Shown one piece after another: positions 37,800-47,840 of a DNA stretch of 64,000 bases; the first letter of the stretch is position 1, and the number at the start of each line of letters is the position of its first letter. Source of the DNA: Pseudomonadota bacterium (lineage in GTDB: Bacteria > Pseudomonadota > Alphaproteobacteria > Caulobacterales > Caulobacteraceae); assembly GCA_040385365.1 (NCBI GenBank), contig JAZKHL010000112.1, positions 1,543-65,542 on the forward strand. Reading direction: 5' to 3'. Made by a program: the position numbers and the translations under genes. The notes under the pieces are model-generated. The model worked only from the letters and a program-made list of their open reading frames with translations. It was not told the DNA's origin and searched no databases.

Positions 37800-38603
37800 G
37801 TGGTTCAGGATAATGTGGTTCCCATCGGACCCCCGCATTCGATCATCGTATCGCACGAGATGACCATCGTGCGCGGGCGCGGGACGCTGAAGCCCAGCGC
37901 CATCCCTGCGCAGGCGATGGCGGTCGCTTTCGACATGAGCGACGCCAGTCCCAGTCTGACGGTGGTCGGCCATGCGGGTGTGGAGGCCTTGCTGGACCGC
38001 GCTGACGCCGGACGGCGTGTCGTTCTCCTGCTGGCGCCCGAAGTGGTCGACCGGATCGACGGCAGCGCCCGACCTGGCGCCCAGACCCACGACATCTATT
38101 ACCTGCCGTGCGAGTTACGCGCGATCGCCTTGGCCGTGCGGGACTGTACGCGGCGCGGCGAGGCGGCGGGAATCTATCTGGCGGCCAAGAGCATCGAGCT
38201 GATCTACGAGACCTGGGCCGCGCTGGATCGGGGCGCACTGACGCCCATGGCCGCCTCGGGCGACCTGACGCAGGCCGACAGCGTGCGGATCGCGGCGGCC
38301 CAGACCCTGATCGAGGCGCGCTGGCACGAGAAGCTGTCGCTGGATCTGGTTGCGGCGGAATGCGGCCTGAACCGTGAGAAGCTGACGCGCGGGTTCCGGC
38401 TGATGTTCTCATGCTCGGTCACCGAGGCTCTGGCGGAGCGTCGGCTGACGCAGGCCAGTCGGATGCTGCTGACCACCGACTTGCCGGTGTCGTCGGTGGG
38501 TTACGAGAACGGCTATATCAACAACGCCAGCTTCGCCCGGGCCTTTGGGCGTCGGTTCGGCGTGTCGCCGTCGGACTTCCGCGCCCGGCATCTGGCGGCC
38601 TAG
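37800..38603 (+). CDS. AraC-family transcriptional regulator
   Basis: C-terminal double HTH 'LSLDLVAAECGLNREKLTRGF..VSSVGYENGY.NNASFARAFGRRFGVSPSDFR'. Confidence 0.85.
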   Translation: MVQDNVVPIGPPHSIIVSHEMTIVRGRGTLKPSAIPAQAMAVAFDMSDASPSLTVVGHAGVEALLDRADAGRRVVLLLAPEVVDRIDGSARPGAQTHDIYYLPCELRAIALAVRDCTRRGEAAGIYLAAKSIELIYETWAALDRGALTPMAASGDLTQADSVRIAAAQTLIEARWHEKLSLDLVAAECGLNREKLTRGFRLMFSCSVTEALAERRLTQASRMLLTTDLPVSSVGYENGYINNASFARAFGRRFGVSPSDFRARHLAA

Positions 38604-38612
38604 GGTCTAGCG

Positions 38613-39353
38613 ATGAGCCTGATGGATACACACGAGCGAGCGCCTGCGGGCGACCCCGAATCTCGGGTCGAGTTCGCCATTCGCGCGGTCGGCGACCACA
38701 TCCGCGAGAACGGGCTTCGGGTCGGCGACAGCCTTCCGGGCGAGGGTTATTTCGCCGCCTCCCTGGGCGTTAGCCGCGCGGTGATGCGAGAGGCCTTCGG
38801 GGCCATGGCTGCGCTGCGGTTGCTCGACGTCGGCAATGGACGAAAGGCGCGGGTCGGCGCCATGGACGGCTCGATCATCGCGACCTCTCTGGATCACGCG
38901 GTCTCGACCGCCCAGATCACCGTCGCCCAGATCTGGGACGTGCGCCGCACGATCGAGGTCAAGACAGCAGCCTTGGCGGCGGCGTGCCGAACCGACGATG
39001 AGGCCAAGCGGATCGTGGCCCTGGCCGATGCCCTTTCTAGCGCGCGGGATGATCTGGCCTCGACCACACGCATCGACATCGCCTTTCACGAGGCCATCGC
39101 CAAGGCGAGCCACAACGCCCTGTTCGTCCAGATCGTGGCGTCGTTCGCGCCACTGATGGAGGTGGCCGTCCCGGCGGCGTGGCGGACGCGCAAGGCCGAC
39201 CTGCACCCCGACATGATGCTGGATCGGCATCACCGGATCGCCGACGCCATTCGGCGCGGAGACGCGGCGGCGGCAGCCGAAGCAATGGACGATCATTTCG
39301 ACGCGACCATTCACAGCGATCTGGCCGCACTGGATCGCCAGGGCGCCAACTGA
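38613..39353 (+). CDS. GntR/FadR-family transcriptional regulator
   Basis: 'LPGEGYFAASLGVSRAVMREA' wHTH; FCD 'DIAFHEAIAKASHN'. Confidence 0.88.
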   Translation: MSLMDTHERAPAGDPESRVEFAIRAVGDHIRENGLRVGDSLPGEGYFAASLGVSRAVMREAFGAMAALRLLDVGNGRKARVGAMDGSIIATSLDHAVSTAQITVAQIWDVRRTIEVKTAALAAACRTDDEAKRIVALADALSSARDDLASTTRIDIAFHEAIAKASHNALFVQIVASFAPLMEVAVPAAWRTRKADLHPDMMLDRHHRIADAIRRGDAAAAAEAMDDHFDATIHSDLAALDRQGAN

Positions 39354-39377
39354 ATCTTCCGATCGGCACATCCCTCG

Positions 39378-39392
39378 ACCTTTCAGATAGGT
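39378..39392. promoter_or_regulatory. Third copy of the operator, upstream of the TBDR operon
   Basis: ACCTTTCAGATAGGT, 14/15 identical to the arm at 37743-37757. Confidence 0.6.
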
Positions 39393-39462
39393 CGCTTCGG
39401 ACTTAACCCTACTGACAACAGCGACCGGACCAACTCCGGCGCGGCCCGAGGGGGAACCAGGA

Positions 39463-41583
39463 ATGCGCTTCAAGATCACGCTCGCCACCACGGTGGCCGC
39501 CATCGCCCTGACGTCGGGCACGGCCTTCGCGCAGGACAGCCAGGCGGATCCGTCCGCGAGCCAGGTCGACGACATCGTCGTCACCGCGCGTAAACGCGAG
39601 GAGCGTCTGCAGGATGTGCCGATCGCCGTCACCGCCGTCACGGGCGAGACGCTGGAGCGCGAACAGATCAATCTGGTCAAGGATGTCGCCGCCCTGACGC
39701 CGGGCCTGAACATTTCCTCAGACGCGGTCGGACGCGCCTTCCTGTCGATCCGCGGCGTAGGCACCACGCTGATCGACACGGTCCAGCCCGGCGTCGGCAT
39801 CTTCATCGATGGTATTTATCAGCCCAATACCTCTTACCTGAACAGCCCGGTCGTGGATGTGGAGCGCATCGAGGTGCTGCGTGGGCCGCAGGGAACCCTG
39901 TTCGGCAACAACACCCTGGGCGGCGCGATCAACGTCGTCACCCGCGCCCCGACCGACACCTTCTCGGGTCGCGCCACGGCAAGCTACGCGGGGCCGGACA
40001 ACTATCAGACCTACGGCGCCAGCATCAGCGGCCCGATCATCGAGGGCTCGCTGCGCGGTCGCCTGGCCGCCAGCTATCACACCCAGGACGGCTTCTCTGA
40101 GAACACCTTGGCCGGCGGCGACGCCCGTCCGCTGGAGACGGAATCGGTCAACGGCACCCTGGTGTGGCAAGTCCCCCAGGCCCAGCGGACCGAGCTCAGC
40201 CTGAATGCCTACTACAACCGCGTCACCGGCTCTCAGACCGCCTACTCACGTTCGACCGGCGCGACCGTCTACGTCGAAGACACGCGGCTGAACCAGAACT
40301 CGATCGCCCAGTACGACTACACCGGCGTCAACGCAAAGCTGGTGACCGACCTGGACGCCAGGACCACCATGACCGGCATCCTGGCCTACGACAGCAAGGA
40401 AGGTCGGGCGTCGGGCGACGGCGACTTCGGCCCCGTGCCGATCATCAATGTCGTGGAAGGCCGCAACGATCGCGAGACCTATACCGGCGAAGTCCGCTTC
40501 GACACCGCCTGGTCGGACCGCCTCTCCACCCTGATCGGCGTCTTCGCCAACAAGTCGACCAGCACCGACAACGTGTCTCGGACCATCGACCTGGGTCTGT
40601 TGCTGGGCGCCGCGCCCGCAGGCGTTCTGGTGGTTCCCAGCGTGACAAGCCAAACGGATGAGCTGCAGTCGCAGGCCGTCTACGCCAACGCCTTCTACGA
40701 CCTGACCGACCGCCTCGAACTGTCGGCGGGCATCCGCTTCGACCATCAGGAGGTGAAGGTCACCGGCCGGGGTCGATACTCCGCCGACGAATGGCAGCCG
40801 CGGGTGACCCTGGCGCAGCACTGGACGCCGAACCACACCTCCTATGCCTCGATCTCGCGCGGCTTCCGGGGTGGCGGCGCCAACACGCCGGGCGCGCCAA
40901 ACCCCTTCTGGCAGGGCGACTCGGTCTGGACCTATGAGATCGGCGATAAGCTGACCAACGACAGCCGCACGCTGACGGTCAATACGGCCATCTACTACAA
41001 CGACTACAGCCATTACATCGGCCAGAACTCGCTGACCCCGCAGCTGGTGGCGGTCAACCTGAACACCGGCGACGTCGAGGCCTACGGCGTCGAGATCGAA
41101 GGTGTCTGGACGCCGAACGAAGTCTTCCAACTACGTGGCGGCGGCACCTACAACCACGCCCGCATCACCGACGACTCGGAATATCGGGCTGTCATCGGCA
41201 CCGGTCTGGCTTCGGACCGCATCCTGTTCCAGCCCGACTGGCAGGGCTTCGTGACCGCCAGCCTGACCTATCCCGTCGGTCCGGGCGAACTGCGCACCGA
41301 CCTGACCGCCAGCTACAAGGGAGAACGTGTCGGATCGAGCCTGAGCCCCACCTTCGCCCCGACGCTGGAGGGCTATACGATCCTCAACGCCAACGTGGCC
41401 TATCAGTGGGACAACTACACGGTGGCCCTGTTCGCAACCAACCTGCTGGACGAGGAATACTACGACTCCTACCTCGACAAGTCCCTGCTGGGCGCCTTCG
41501 GCTTCCCGGCGGCGGCGGTCAGCGACCTGGGCATCATGGGCGATCGTCGACGCATCGGCGTCCGCCTGAACGCGCGGTTCTAG
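39463..41583 (+). CDS. TonB-dependent receptor
   Basis: 'DDIVVTARKREERLQDVPIAV', 'IEVLRGPQGTLFG', C-terminal 'RRIGVRLNARF'. Confidence 0.92.
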   Translation: MRFKITLATTVAAIALTSGTAFAQDSQADPSASQVDDIVVTARKREERLQDVPIAVTAVTGETLEREQINLVKDVAALTPGLNISSDAVGRAFLSIRGVGTTLIDTVQPGVGIFIDGIYQPNTSYLNSPVVDVERIEVLRGPQGTLFGNNTLGGAINVVTRAPTDTFSGRATASYAGPDNYQTYGASISGPIIEGSLRGRLAASYHTQDGFSENTLAGGDARPLETESVNGTLVWQVPQAQRTELSLNAYYNRVTGSQTAYSRSTGATVYVEDTRLNQNSIAQYDYTGVNAKLVTDLDARTTMTGILAYDSKEGRASGDGDFGPVPIINVVEGRNDRETYTGEVRFDTAWSDRLSTLIGVFANKSTSTDNVSRTIDLGLLLGAAPAGVLVVPSVTSQTDELQSQAVYANAFYDLTDRLELSAGIRFDHQEVKVTGRGRYSADEWQPRVTLAQHWTPNHTSYASISRGFRGGGANTPGAPNPFWQGDSVWTYEIGDKLTNDSRTLTVNTAIYYNDYSHYIGQNSLTPQLVAVNLNTGDVEAYGVEIEGVWTPNEVFQLRGGGTYNHARITDDSEYRAVIGTGLASDRILFQPDWQGFVTASLTYPVGPGELRTDLTASYKGERVGSSLSPTFAPTLEGYTILNANVAYQWDNYTVALFATNLLDEEYYDSYLDKSLLGAFGFPAAAVSDLGIMGDRRRIGVRLNARF

Positions 41584-41606
41584 GGTCGACGGGGCGGAGT
41601 AGCGTC

Positions 41607-43010
41607 ATGAGCGCCTTGCCGACATCGTTCCAACCCCAGGTCTTGCCGAGCGCCGTGCTCGGCGGGCTGCGGGCGATCTTCGGAGATCGCCTGCACCTGG
41701 GCGAGGCCATGCGCTCCCAGCACGGCGCGTCCGAGAGCCACTTCGCGACCGTCATGCCCGATGCGGTGGTCTTCGCCCACTCGACCGAGGAGGTTGTCGC
41801 GCTGGTGAAGCTGTGCGTTCAGCACGGCGTGCCGGTGATCCCCTATGGGGCCGGCACCTCGATCGAGGGCAACACCACGCCGACGCGCGGCGGCGTGACC
41901 ATCGACCTGTCCGAGATGAACGCCATCCTTCAGGTCAACGCCGAGGATGCCGACGTGACGGTCCAGGCTGGAGTGCGCCGCGAGCAGCTGAACGAACATC
42001 TGCGTGACGTCGGTCTGTTCTTCCCGATCGATCCGGGCGCCAACGCCACGATCGGCGGCATGGCCTCCACCCGCGCATCCGGCACCAATGCGGTCCGCTA
42101 TGGCACGATGCGCGAGGCGATCCTTTCTCTGCGGGTCGTGACGCCGGACGGGCGCGATATCAGGACCGCGCGTCGAGCGCGGAAGTCGGCGGCCGGCTAC
42201 GACCTGACCCGGCTGATGATCGGGGCGGAAGGCACGCTCGGCATCATCACCGAGGTGACCCTAAGGCTTCACGGCATCCCCGAGGCGATCCTGTCGGCGG
42301 TTTGCAGCTTCGACAGCCTGTCGGGCGCGGTCGACACCGTGGTCCAGTCGATCCAGCTGGGCGTCCCCCTGGCGCGGGTCGAGATCCTGGACGACATGCA
42401 GATGAAGGCGGTCAACGCCTGGTCCAACCTGAACTATCCTGAGACGACCACCCTGTTCTTCGAGTTCCATGGCTCGGAGACCTACGTCCAGGAACAGGTC
42501 GAAACGGTCTCGGCGATCGCCGCCGACAACGGCGGCTCGGCCTTCCAATGGTCCAACCTGCCCGAGGAACGCGCCCGTCTGTGGAAGGCCCGGCACGAGG
42601 CCTATTACGCCGCCGTGGGTCTGCGAAAGGGCGCCGTCGGCTGGGCGACGGACGTCTGCGTGCCGATCAGCCGCCTGGCGGAATGCATCCTGGAGACCAA
42701 GAAGGATCTGGCGACGGCCACCATTCCGGCGACGATCCTGGGCCATGTGGGCGACGGCAATTTCCACGTCGTCTTCGTGCTGGATCCGAACCGGCCCGAG
42801 GAAGCCGCCGAGGCCGAGGCGCTGAACCACAAACTGGTCCGCCGCGCGCTCGACATGGACGGCACCTGTACCGGCGAGCACGGCATCGGTCTGGGCAAGC
42901 AGGACTGGCTGGTCGAGGAGCTGGGCGACGCGGTCGAGATGATGCGGACCATCAAGCGCGCCATCGACCCGCAGAACCTGTTCAATCCCGGAAAGATCTT
43001 CAGCCTGTGA
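41607..43010 (+). CDS. FAD-linked D-2-hydroxy-acid dehydrogenase (D-lactate dehydrogenase/GlcD family)
   Basis: 'PYGAGTSIEG', 'DPGANATIGGM', 'GAEGTLGIITEV', 'GHVGDGNFH', 'TGEHGIG'. Confidence 0.85.
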   Translation: MSALPTSFQPQVLPSAVLGGLRAIFGDRLHLGEAMRSQHGASESHFATVMPDAVVFAHSTEEVVALVKLCVQHGVPVIPYGAGTSIEGNTTPTRGGVTIDLSEMNAILQVNAEDADVTVQAGVRREQLNEHLRDVGLFFPIDPGANATIGGMASTRASGTNAVRYGTMREAILSLRVVTPDGRDIRTARRARKSAAGYDLTRLMIGAEGTLGIITEVTLRLHGIPEAILSAVCSFDSLSGAVDTVVQSIQLGVPLARVEILDDMQMKAVNAWSNLNYPETTTLFFEFHGSETYVQEQVETVSAIAADNGGSAFQWSNLPEERARLWKARHEAYYAAVGLRKGAVGWATDVCVPISRLAECILETKKDLATATIPATILGHVGDGNFHVVFVLDPNRPEEAAEAEALNHKLVRRALDMDGTCTGEHGIGLGKQDWLVEELGDAVEMMRTIKRAIDPQNLFNPGKIFSL

Positions 43011-43972
43011 CCCGTCCGGTCGACACCCGGCGTCTGGTCGATCCCGCCCTGCTGACGCTGCTGGATGCCTGGCCGCAGGTGGACCTGACTGAGGACCTAT
43101 TGCCGATCATTCGCGGTGCCGATCGCCTGCCCATGCCGGAGATCGGCGACATGGCGCGCGCGGTGCGGCTGGAGCGGCACGCGACGCCGGGGCTGAACGG
43201 TGCGCCGGATGTCGGCCTGCTGGTCTATCGGCCCGCCGAGGACGCCGGTCTGGTCGGCTGCATCTACCATGTCCACGGCGGCGGATACGTCATCGGGACA
43301 GTGGATGCCCAGGAGGTCCAGCATCGCGCGATGGTCGCTGACCTGAACTGCGTCATCGTCACCGTCGACTATCGACTGGCGCCGGAGACTGTCTTTCCGG
43401 GTGCGATCGAGGATTGCTACACCGGTCTGGCCTGGGCCTTCGCTCACACGGACGCGCTGGGTATCGACCCGAGACGGATCGGCGTCATGGGCGAGAGCGC
43501 GGGCGGCGGCCTGGCAGCGGCGCTGGCCCTGATGGCGCGCGATCGCGGCGAGCACGCGCTGGCGTTCCAGCACCTGATCTATCCGATGATCGACGACCGG
43601 ACCTGCGCCCATCCCGATCCGCATCCGCATGCGGGCGAGTTCATTTGGACGCCCCACAACAATCATTTCGGCTGGGCAGCCCTGCTTGGCCAGGAGCCGG
43701 GCGGCGAGGGGGTGAGCCCCTATGCGGCGGCGGCGCGTGCGGACGATCTGACCGGACTGCCGCCGACCTTCGTTTCGACCGGGGCTTTGGACCTGTTCCT
43801 GGAAGAGGACATCGAATACGCGCGGCGTCTGATGCGCGTCGGCGTGCCGACCGAGCTGCACGTCTATCCCGGCGGCTTCCACGGCTTCGACTTCGATCCC
43901 GCGGCCGAGATTTCGGCCAACGCGCGCCGCGACAGCCTGAACGCCCTATCCCGTTTTCTGAAGGGCGCCTGA
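43007..43972 (+). CDS. Alpha/beta hydrolase, HSL (family IV) esterase
   Basis: 'HGGG', 'VDYRLAPE', 'GESAGG', 'GGFHGF'; GTG overlaps upstream stop. Confidence 0.88.
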   Translation: MTRPVDTRRLVDPALLTLLDAWPQVDLTEDLLPIIRGADRLPMPEIGDMARAVRLERHATPGLNGAPDVGLLVYRPAEDAGLVGCIYHVHGGGYVIGTVDAQEVQHRAMVADLNCVIVTVDYRLAPETVFPGAIEDCYTGLAWAFAHTDALGIDPRRIGVMGESAGGGLAAALALMARDRGEHALAFQHLIYPMIDDRTCAHPDPHPHAGEFIWTPHNNHFGWAALLGQEPGGEGVSPYAAAARADDLTGLPPTFVSTGALDLFLEEDIEYARRLMRVGVPTELHVYPGGFHGFDFDPAAEISANARRDSLNALSRFLKGA

Positions 43973-43985
43973 GCGCGCCGGAGGC

Positions 43986-45326
43986 TTGACCATGGCGATT
44001 CTGACTGTCGATCCGACGCCCGGTGATGTGACATCGCGGGTGATCGATGACCAGCCGATCCGCAAGACGGCATGGCGGGCGGTGATGTTGGTGTCCCTGA
44101 TCGTTCTGATCGCCGGGATCGTGCGTCTGGCCTTCTCCCCGGTTCAGGAGGCCGCCAAGCTGGAGTTGGGGCTCAGCGACTATCAGATCAGCCTGATCCA
44201 GGGGATCGCCGCTGCCCTGCCGGTGGCGGTGCTGGCCATTCCGCTGGGCTGGCTGACCGATCATTCCAAGCGCACGCGGCTGATGATGATCCTCGGTCTA
44301 TGCTGGACGTTCGGCATGATCGGCACCGCCTTCGCGGGCGGATTCTACAGCCTCTTCGTCGCTCGCATGCTGGCGGGCATCGGGACCATGAGCGTCATTC
44401 CTCTGGCGGTTTCGCTGCTGTCAGACCTGTCGGTGCCGGCGCAGCGCGGTCGGGCGATGCTGTTCCTCGGTATGGGTAATACGCTGGGGCCGGCGCTGGC
44501 CTTCGTGGTGGGTGGCGCGCTGTTCACGGCCTTCTCCGGGAACCTCGATCTGGCGGGCCTGCAGCTTTCGGCGTGGCGCGAGGCGTCGCTGGTGCTGGGC
44601 ATCGTCAGCGGCCTGGCCATGCTGGTGCAGTTCACCATCCGCGAGCCCGCGCGTCATGAGGTGGAAAACACCAGCAACAATCTGGGCCTGATGCTCAAGG
44701 CGCTGGGCCGTCGGTGGAAGTTCCTGTTGCCGCTGTTCGTCGGTCAGATCAGCGTGGTCATGGCCGACGCCGCGGCGGGCGTCTGGGCCGTTCCGGTCAT
44801 GCAGCGCGATCTGAATCTGACGACGGGCGAGGCGAGCGGCCTGCTGGGCGGGATGCTCCTGATCGCGGGGGTGCTGGGCCCGGTTATCGCCGGTTTCGTA
44901 GCCGATCGGGGCCACAAGAGCTCGATCCGTGGCGGCATCCTGATCGGAGCGGTCGTGGCCGCAGCCGTCGGCGTTCCCGCGGCGATCTTCCCGATCATCA
45001 GCGCCGTCCCGGCGTTTGCGCTCGTCCTGTTCCTGTTGCTGGCCGCCGGATCGATCACCGGACTGATCACCGCGACGGCCATCGCGGTCCTGGTTCCCAA
45101 CGAGGAACGCGGCGTCTGCCTGGGGGCTTTCATGATCCTCGGCTCGCTGATCGGACTGGGCGTGTCGCCAATCCTCGTGACGCTGGGCAGCCAGGCGCTG
45201 GGTGGCGAGCAGTATCTGGGTCCGGCGCTGGCCATCGTCGGGGTAGCAGCGGGTCTGATCTCCCTGATCGGTTTCGTAGTCGCCATGCGGAACGCGCCGG
45301 TGTCGGTCGCGGCTGCGGCGAGCTGA
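43986..45326 (+). CDS. MFS transporter
   Basis: About 12 TM segments; 'LGWLTDHSKR', 'LFVARMLAGIG', 'PAQRGRA'. Confidence 0.85.
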   Translation: MTMAILTVDPTPGDVTSRVIDDQPIRKTAWRAVMLVSLIVLIAGIVRLAFSPVQEAAKLELGLSDYQISLIQGIAAALPVAVLAIPLGWLTDHSKRTRLMMILGLCWTFGMIGTAFAGGFYSLFVARMLAGIGTMSVIPLAVSLLSDLSVPAQRGRAMLFLGMGNTLGPALAFVVGGALFTAFSGNLDLAGLQLSAWREASLVLGIVSGLAMLVQFTIREPARHEVENTSNNLGLMLKALGRRWKFLLPLFVGQISVVMADAAAGVWAVPVMQRDLNLTTGEASGLLGGMLLIAGVLGPVIAGFVADRGHKSSIRGGILIGAVVAAAVGVPAAIFPIISAVPAFALVLFLLLAAGSITGLITATAIAVLVPNEERGVCLGAFMILGSLIGLGVSPILVTLGSQALGGEQYLGPALAIVGVAAGLISLIGFVVAMRNAPVSVAAAAS

Positions 45327-45339
45327 GGGACCGGCTGAC

Positions 45340-46212
45340 GTGTCTGGAAAGCGTCTGAAGCTCATCAGCCTGGGCTTGGCTGCGGCCCTGGTTGTCGTGA
45401 TCCTGATCGCCCTGGTCGCGCTCTTCACGCAGGCTAGACGGCTTCCGACGGGACGACCTGACTATGTCGCGCTGGGCAGTTCATTCGCTGCTGGAGCGGG
45501 GCTCGGGCCCTTGCAGACGGACAGCCCCCTGCTGTGCGCGCGCAGCATCGGAGGCTATCCTCAGGTGCTGGCCCGCAAACTCAGCCTCTCCATTGTGGAC
45601 ATGAGCTGCGGCGGGGCGGTGACCCGACACGTCCTCGACGGCGGTCAGTTCTTCCAGGGTCCGCAGATCCGCGCCTTGAGCCCCGAGACCAGGCTGGTGA
45701 CCCTGACCGTCGGCGGCAACGACGTCGGCTATATCGGCGACCTGTCTCTGTTGGCTATGCGCCGTGACGGCGGCCTGTTCGCCGCCATGGTCAAGGCGAC
45801 TTGGAGCGGCCCCAAGCCGGCGTCGGCACGCGATTTTCCCAAGTTGAAGGCCGAGCTGGACGCTGTCCTGCGCGCCGTCCGTGCGCGCTCTCCCAACGCC
45901 GTCATCGTTGTCGCGACCTATCCGATGATCCTGCCGCCTGCCGGAACCTGCGCGGCCCTGGGGCTGAGCCAGGACGAGATGGAATTGATGCGACAGGTTG
46001 GCGACCGTCTGGCCGAGACGACCCGCGCGGCGGCGGCGGACGGCGGCGCGATCATCGTCGACATGCACCAACTCGGTGTGGGTCACGACGTCTGTTCGAC
46101 GTCGCCCTGGACGGGAGGCTGGAAGAACAACGGCCCCGCGCCTTTCCATCCGACGGCGGCGGGTGCGCAGGCGACGGCGATCGCCATCGAGAACGTATTG
46201 CCGTTTCGCTGA
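45340..46212 (+). CDS. SGNH/GDSL hydrolase with N-terminal anchor
   Basis: 'YVALGSSFAAG', 'SCGGA', 'TVGGND', 'FHP'. Confidence 0.8.
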   Translation: MSGKRLKLISLGLAAALVVVILIALVALFTQARRLPTGRPDYVALGSSFAAGAGLGPLQTDSPLLCARSIGGYPQVLARKLSLSIVDMSCGGAVTRHVLDGGQFFQGPQIRALSPETRLVTLTVGGNDVGYIGDLSLLAMRRDGGLFAAMVKATWSGPKPASARDFPKLKAELDAVLRAVRARSPNAVIVVATYPMILPPAGTCAALGLSQDEMELMRQVGDRLAETTRAAAADGGAIIVDMHQLGVGHDVCSTSPWTGGWKNNGPAPFHPTAAGAQATAIAIENVLPFR

Positions 46213-46256
46213 GGCCCGCTCTCCGTCAAGGCCGATGACGGCGGCGTCCCCCGATA

Positions 46257-47411
46257 CTAGGGCCTGTGTCTGATGTGGCGGCCCGACAGGGCCCCTACAT
46301 CGGCAACGCCTGCCAGGGCGAGTGTGCGTTCGAACTCGCCGCGTAGAATCTTGAGGGCTCGGCTGACGCCGGCTTCACCGGCCGCCGCCAAGCCATACAA
46401 ATAGGGCCGGCCGATTGAACAGGCGGTGGCTCCCATGGCCACGGCCTTGACGATGTCCGATCCGCGCCGAATGCCTCCGTCGCATATGACATCGGGCCCG
46501 TCGCCTAGCGCTTTTCTCACCGCGGCGACCTGATCGATGGGGGCAGGCGAACCATCCAGTTGGCGTCCGCCATGGTTCGAGATGATCACGCCGCTTGCCC
46601 CTGAGCGGACGGCGCGGGTCGCGTCCTCCGGTGTCAAGATGCCCTTGATCGCGAGAGGGCCGGCCCATTCGGACGCGAGCCATTCGACATCGCGCCAGGT
46701 CAAGCTGGGGTCGAATTGGCGGCCGATGAAATCGAACAGGCTCATCGGGTTCGTCGCCAGGGCGTCCGTCCTGTGACTGACGTTGGCCAGATCGAACTTG
46801 GCGCCCGTTAGTGCGGGGATCGACCAACCAGGATGCAGGGCGAAATCGAGAAGCGACCGCGCCGTCAACCGGGGCGGAAGAGACAAGCCGCTTCGGCGAT
46901 CGCGCAGCCGATTACCGGCGACGGGTGTGTCGACGGTCAGACACAGCCCGGCGTATCCAGCCTCGCGGCATCGCGAGACGAACTCCCGCGTCAGCCCACG
47001 GTCCTTGAACACATAGACCTGGAACAGCATCGGGACGGGAATGGTCGCCGCCAGATCTTCCAGCCGCGTCGTGCCCATCGTCGAAAGACAGTAGGGAAGA
47101 CCTTCAGCAGCCGCTGCCCGAGCCACGGCCGGCTCTGCGGAGCCATGAAACATCCGGGTAAGGCCTGTCGCGGAAAGCATGAGTGGCCAGGCGGCCGGCT
47201 GTCCGAAAATGGTCGTTGCCGTCTGTATCGATGACACGTCGGTCAGGACGTCAGGGACAATCTCAAAGTCTTTGAACGCATCGACGTTGCGCCCGACAGA
47301 CCACTCCTCGTCCGCCCCACCGTCCAGATAATCAAATATGGGGCGCGGTAATCGACGACGCGCAGTCGTTCTGAGGTCGTCGATGCTGTGGGTCTGATCG
47401 ATCGAGGGCAC
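46257..47411 (-). CDS. lldD: FMN-dependent L-2-hydroxy-acid dehydrogenase (L-lactate dehydrogenase family)
   Basis: 'RRRLPRPIFDYLDGGA', 'LTVDTP', 'IKGI', 'SNHGGRQLD', 'DGGIRRGSD..KA', 'GRPYLY'. Confidence 0.8.
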   Translation of the reverse strand: MPSIDQTHSIDDLRTTARRRLPRPIFDYLDGGADEEWSVGRNVDAFKDFEIVPDVLTDVSSIQTATTIFGQPAAWPLMLSATGLTRMFHGSAEPAVARAAAAEGLPYCLSTMGTTRLEDLAATIPVPMLFQVYVFKDRGLTREFVSRCREAGYAGLCLTVDTPVAGNRLRDRRSGLSLPPRLTARSLLDFALHPGWSIPALTGAKFDLANVSHRTDALATNPMSLFDFIGRQFDPSLTWRDVEWLASEWAGPLAIKGILTPEDATRAVRSGASGVIISNHGGRQLDGSPAPIDQVAAVRKALGDGPDVICDGGIRRGSDIVKAVAMGATACSIGRPYLYGLAAAGEAGVSRALKILRGEFERTLALAGVADVGALSGRHIRHRP

Positions 47412-47646
47412 GACCGTTCATAGCCGATGCTGCTACATAGCGTAAGCCGACCTCGTGCCACCTTCAGTATTGGAGCCCGAGCAGGAGTCAACGCACCTTT
47501 GAAGCGGCGCATCTTACCATCTCGAATGCCTACACCACACGCGCCGCATATTTCATCGCAAGCGGACGAGCCTCAGCGAAGGTATGGATGAAGGGAGAGC
47601 GTCGCACTTCGCGCAAGCGAATAGGACGACTTTGAATCTGGCGCGA

Positions 47647-47662
47647 CTAACCTGACAGGACC
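47647..47662. repeat. Orphan IS6-type terminal inverted repeat
   Basis: Reverse complement GGTCCTGTCAGGTTAG shares TAACCTGACAG with the IS6 right end at 53620-53636 and has the terminal GG. Confidence 0.45.
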
Positions 47663-47840
47663 CTGGGGCGGGTGGCCGAACCGATCGACGGTCGTCGCCG
47701 AATGGCAATAGCCGCTTGTAGGTAGCTCGGGCTAATTCAATCAATCTTCGAATAACCGTCGTAAAACATTTACAAATGGAATGTTTGTGCGATTAATGCT
47801 CCGTACCCTGAGTTAGTTTGGGCAAATGGAGGATCAGCTC

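Noticed and set aside
47412-47646. Possible ncRNA or IS6 transposase remnant in the intergenic region
   Set aside because: No convincing structure or transposase translation by eye; only the 16-bp end-like motif is kept
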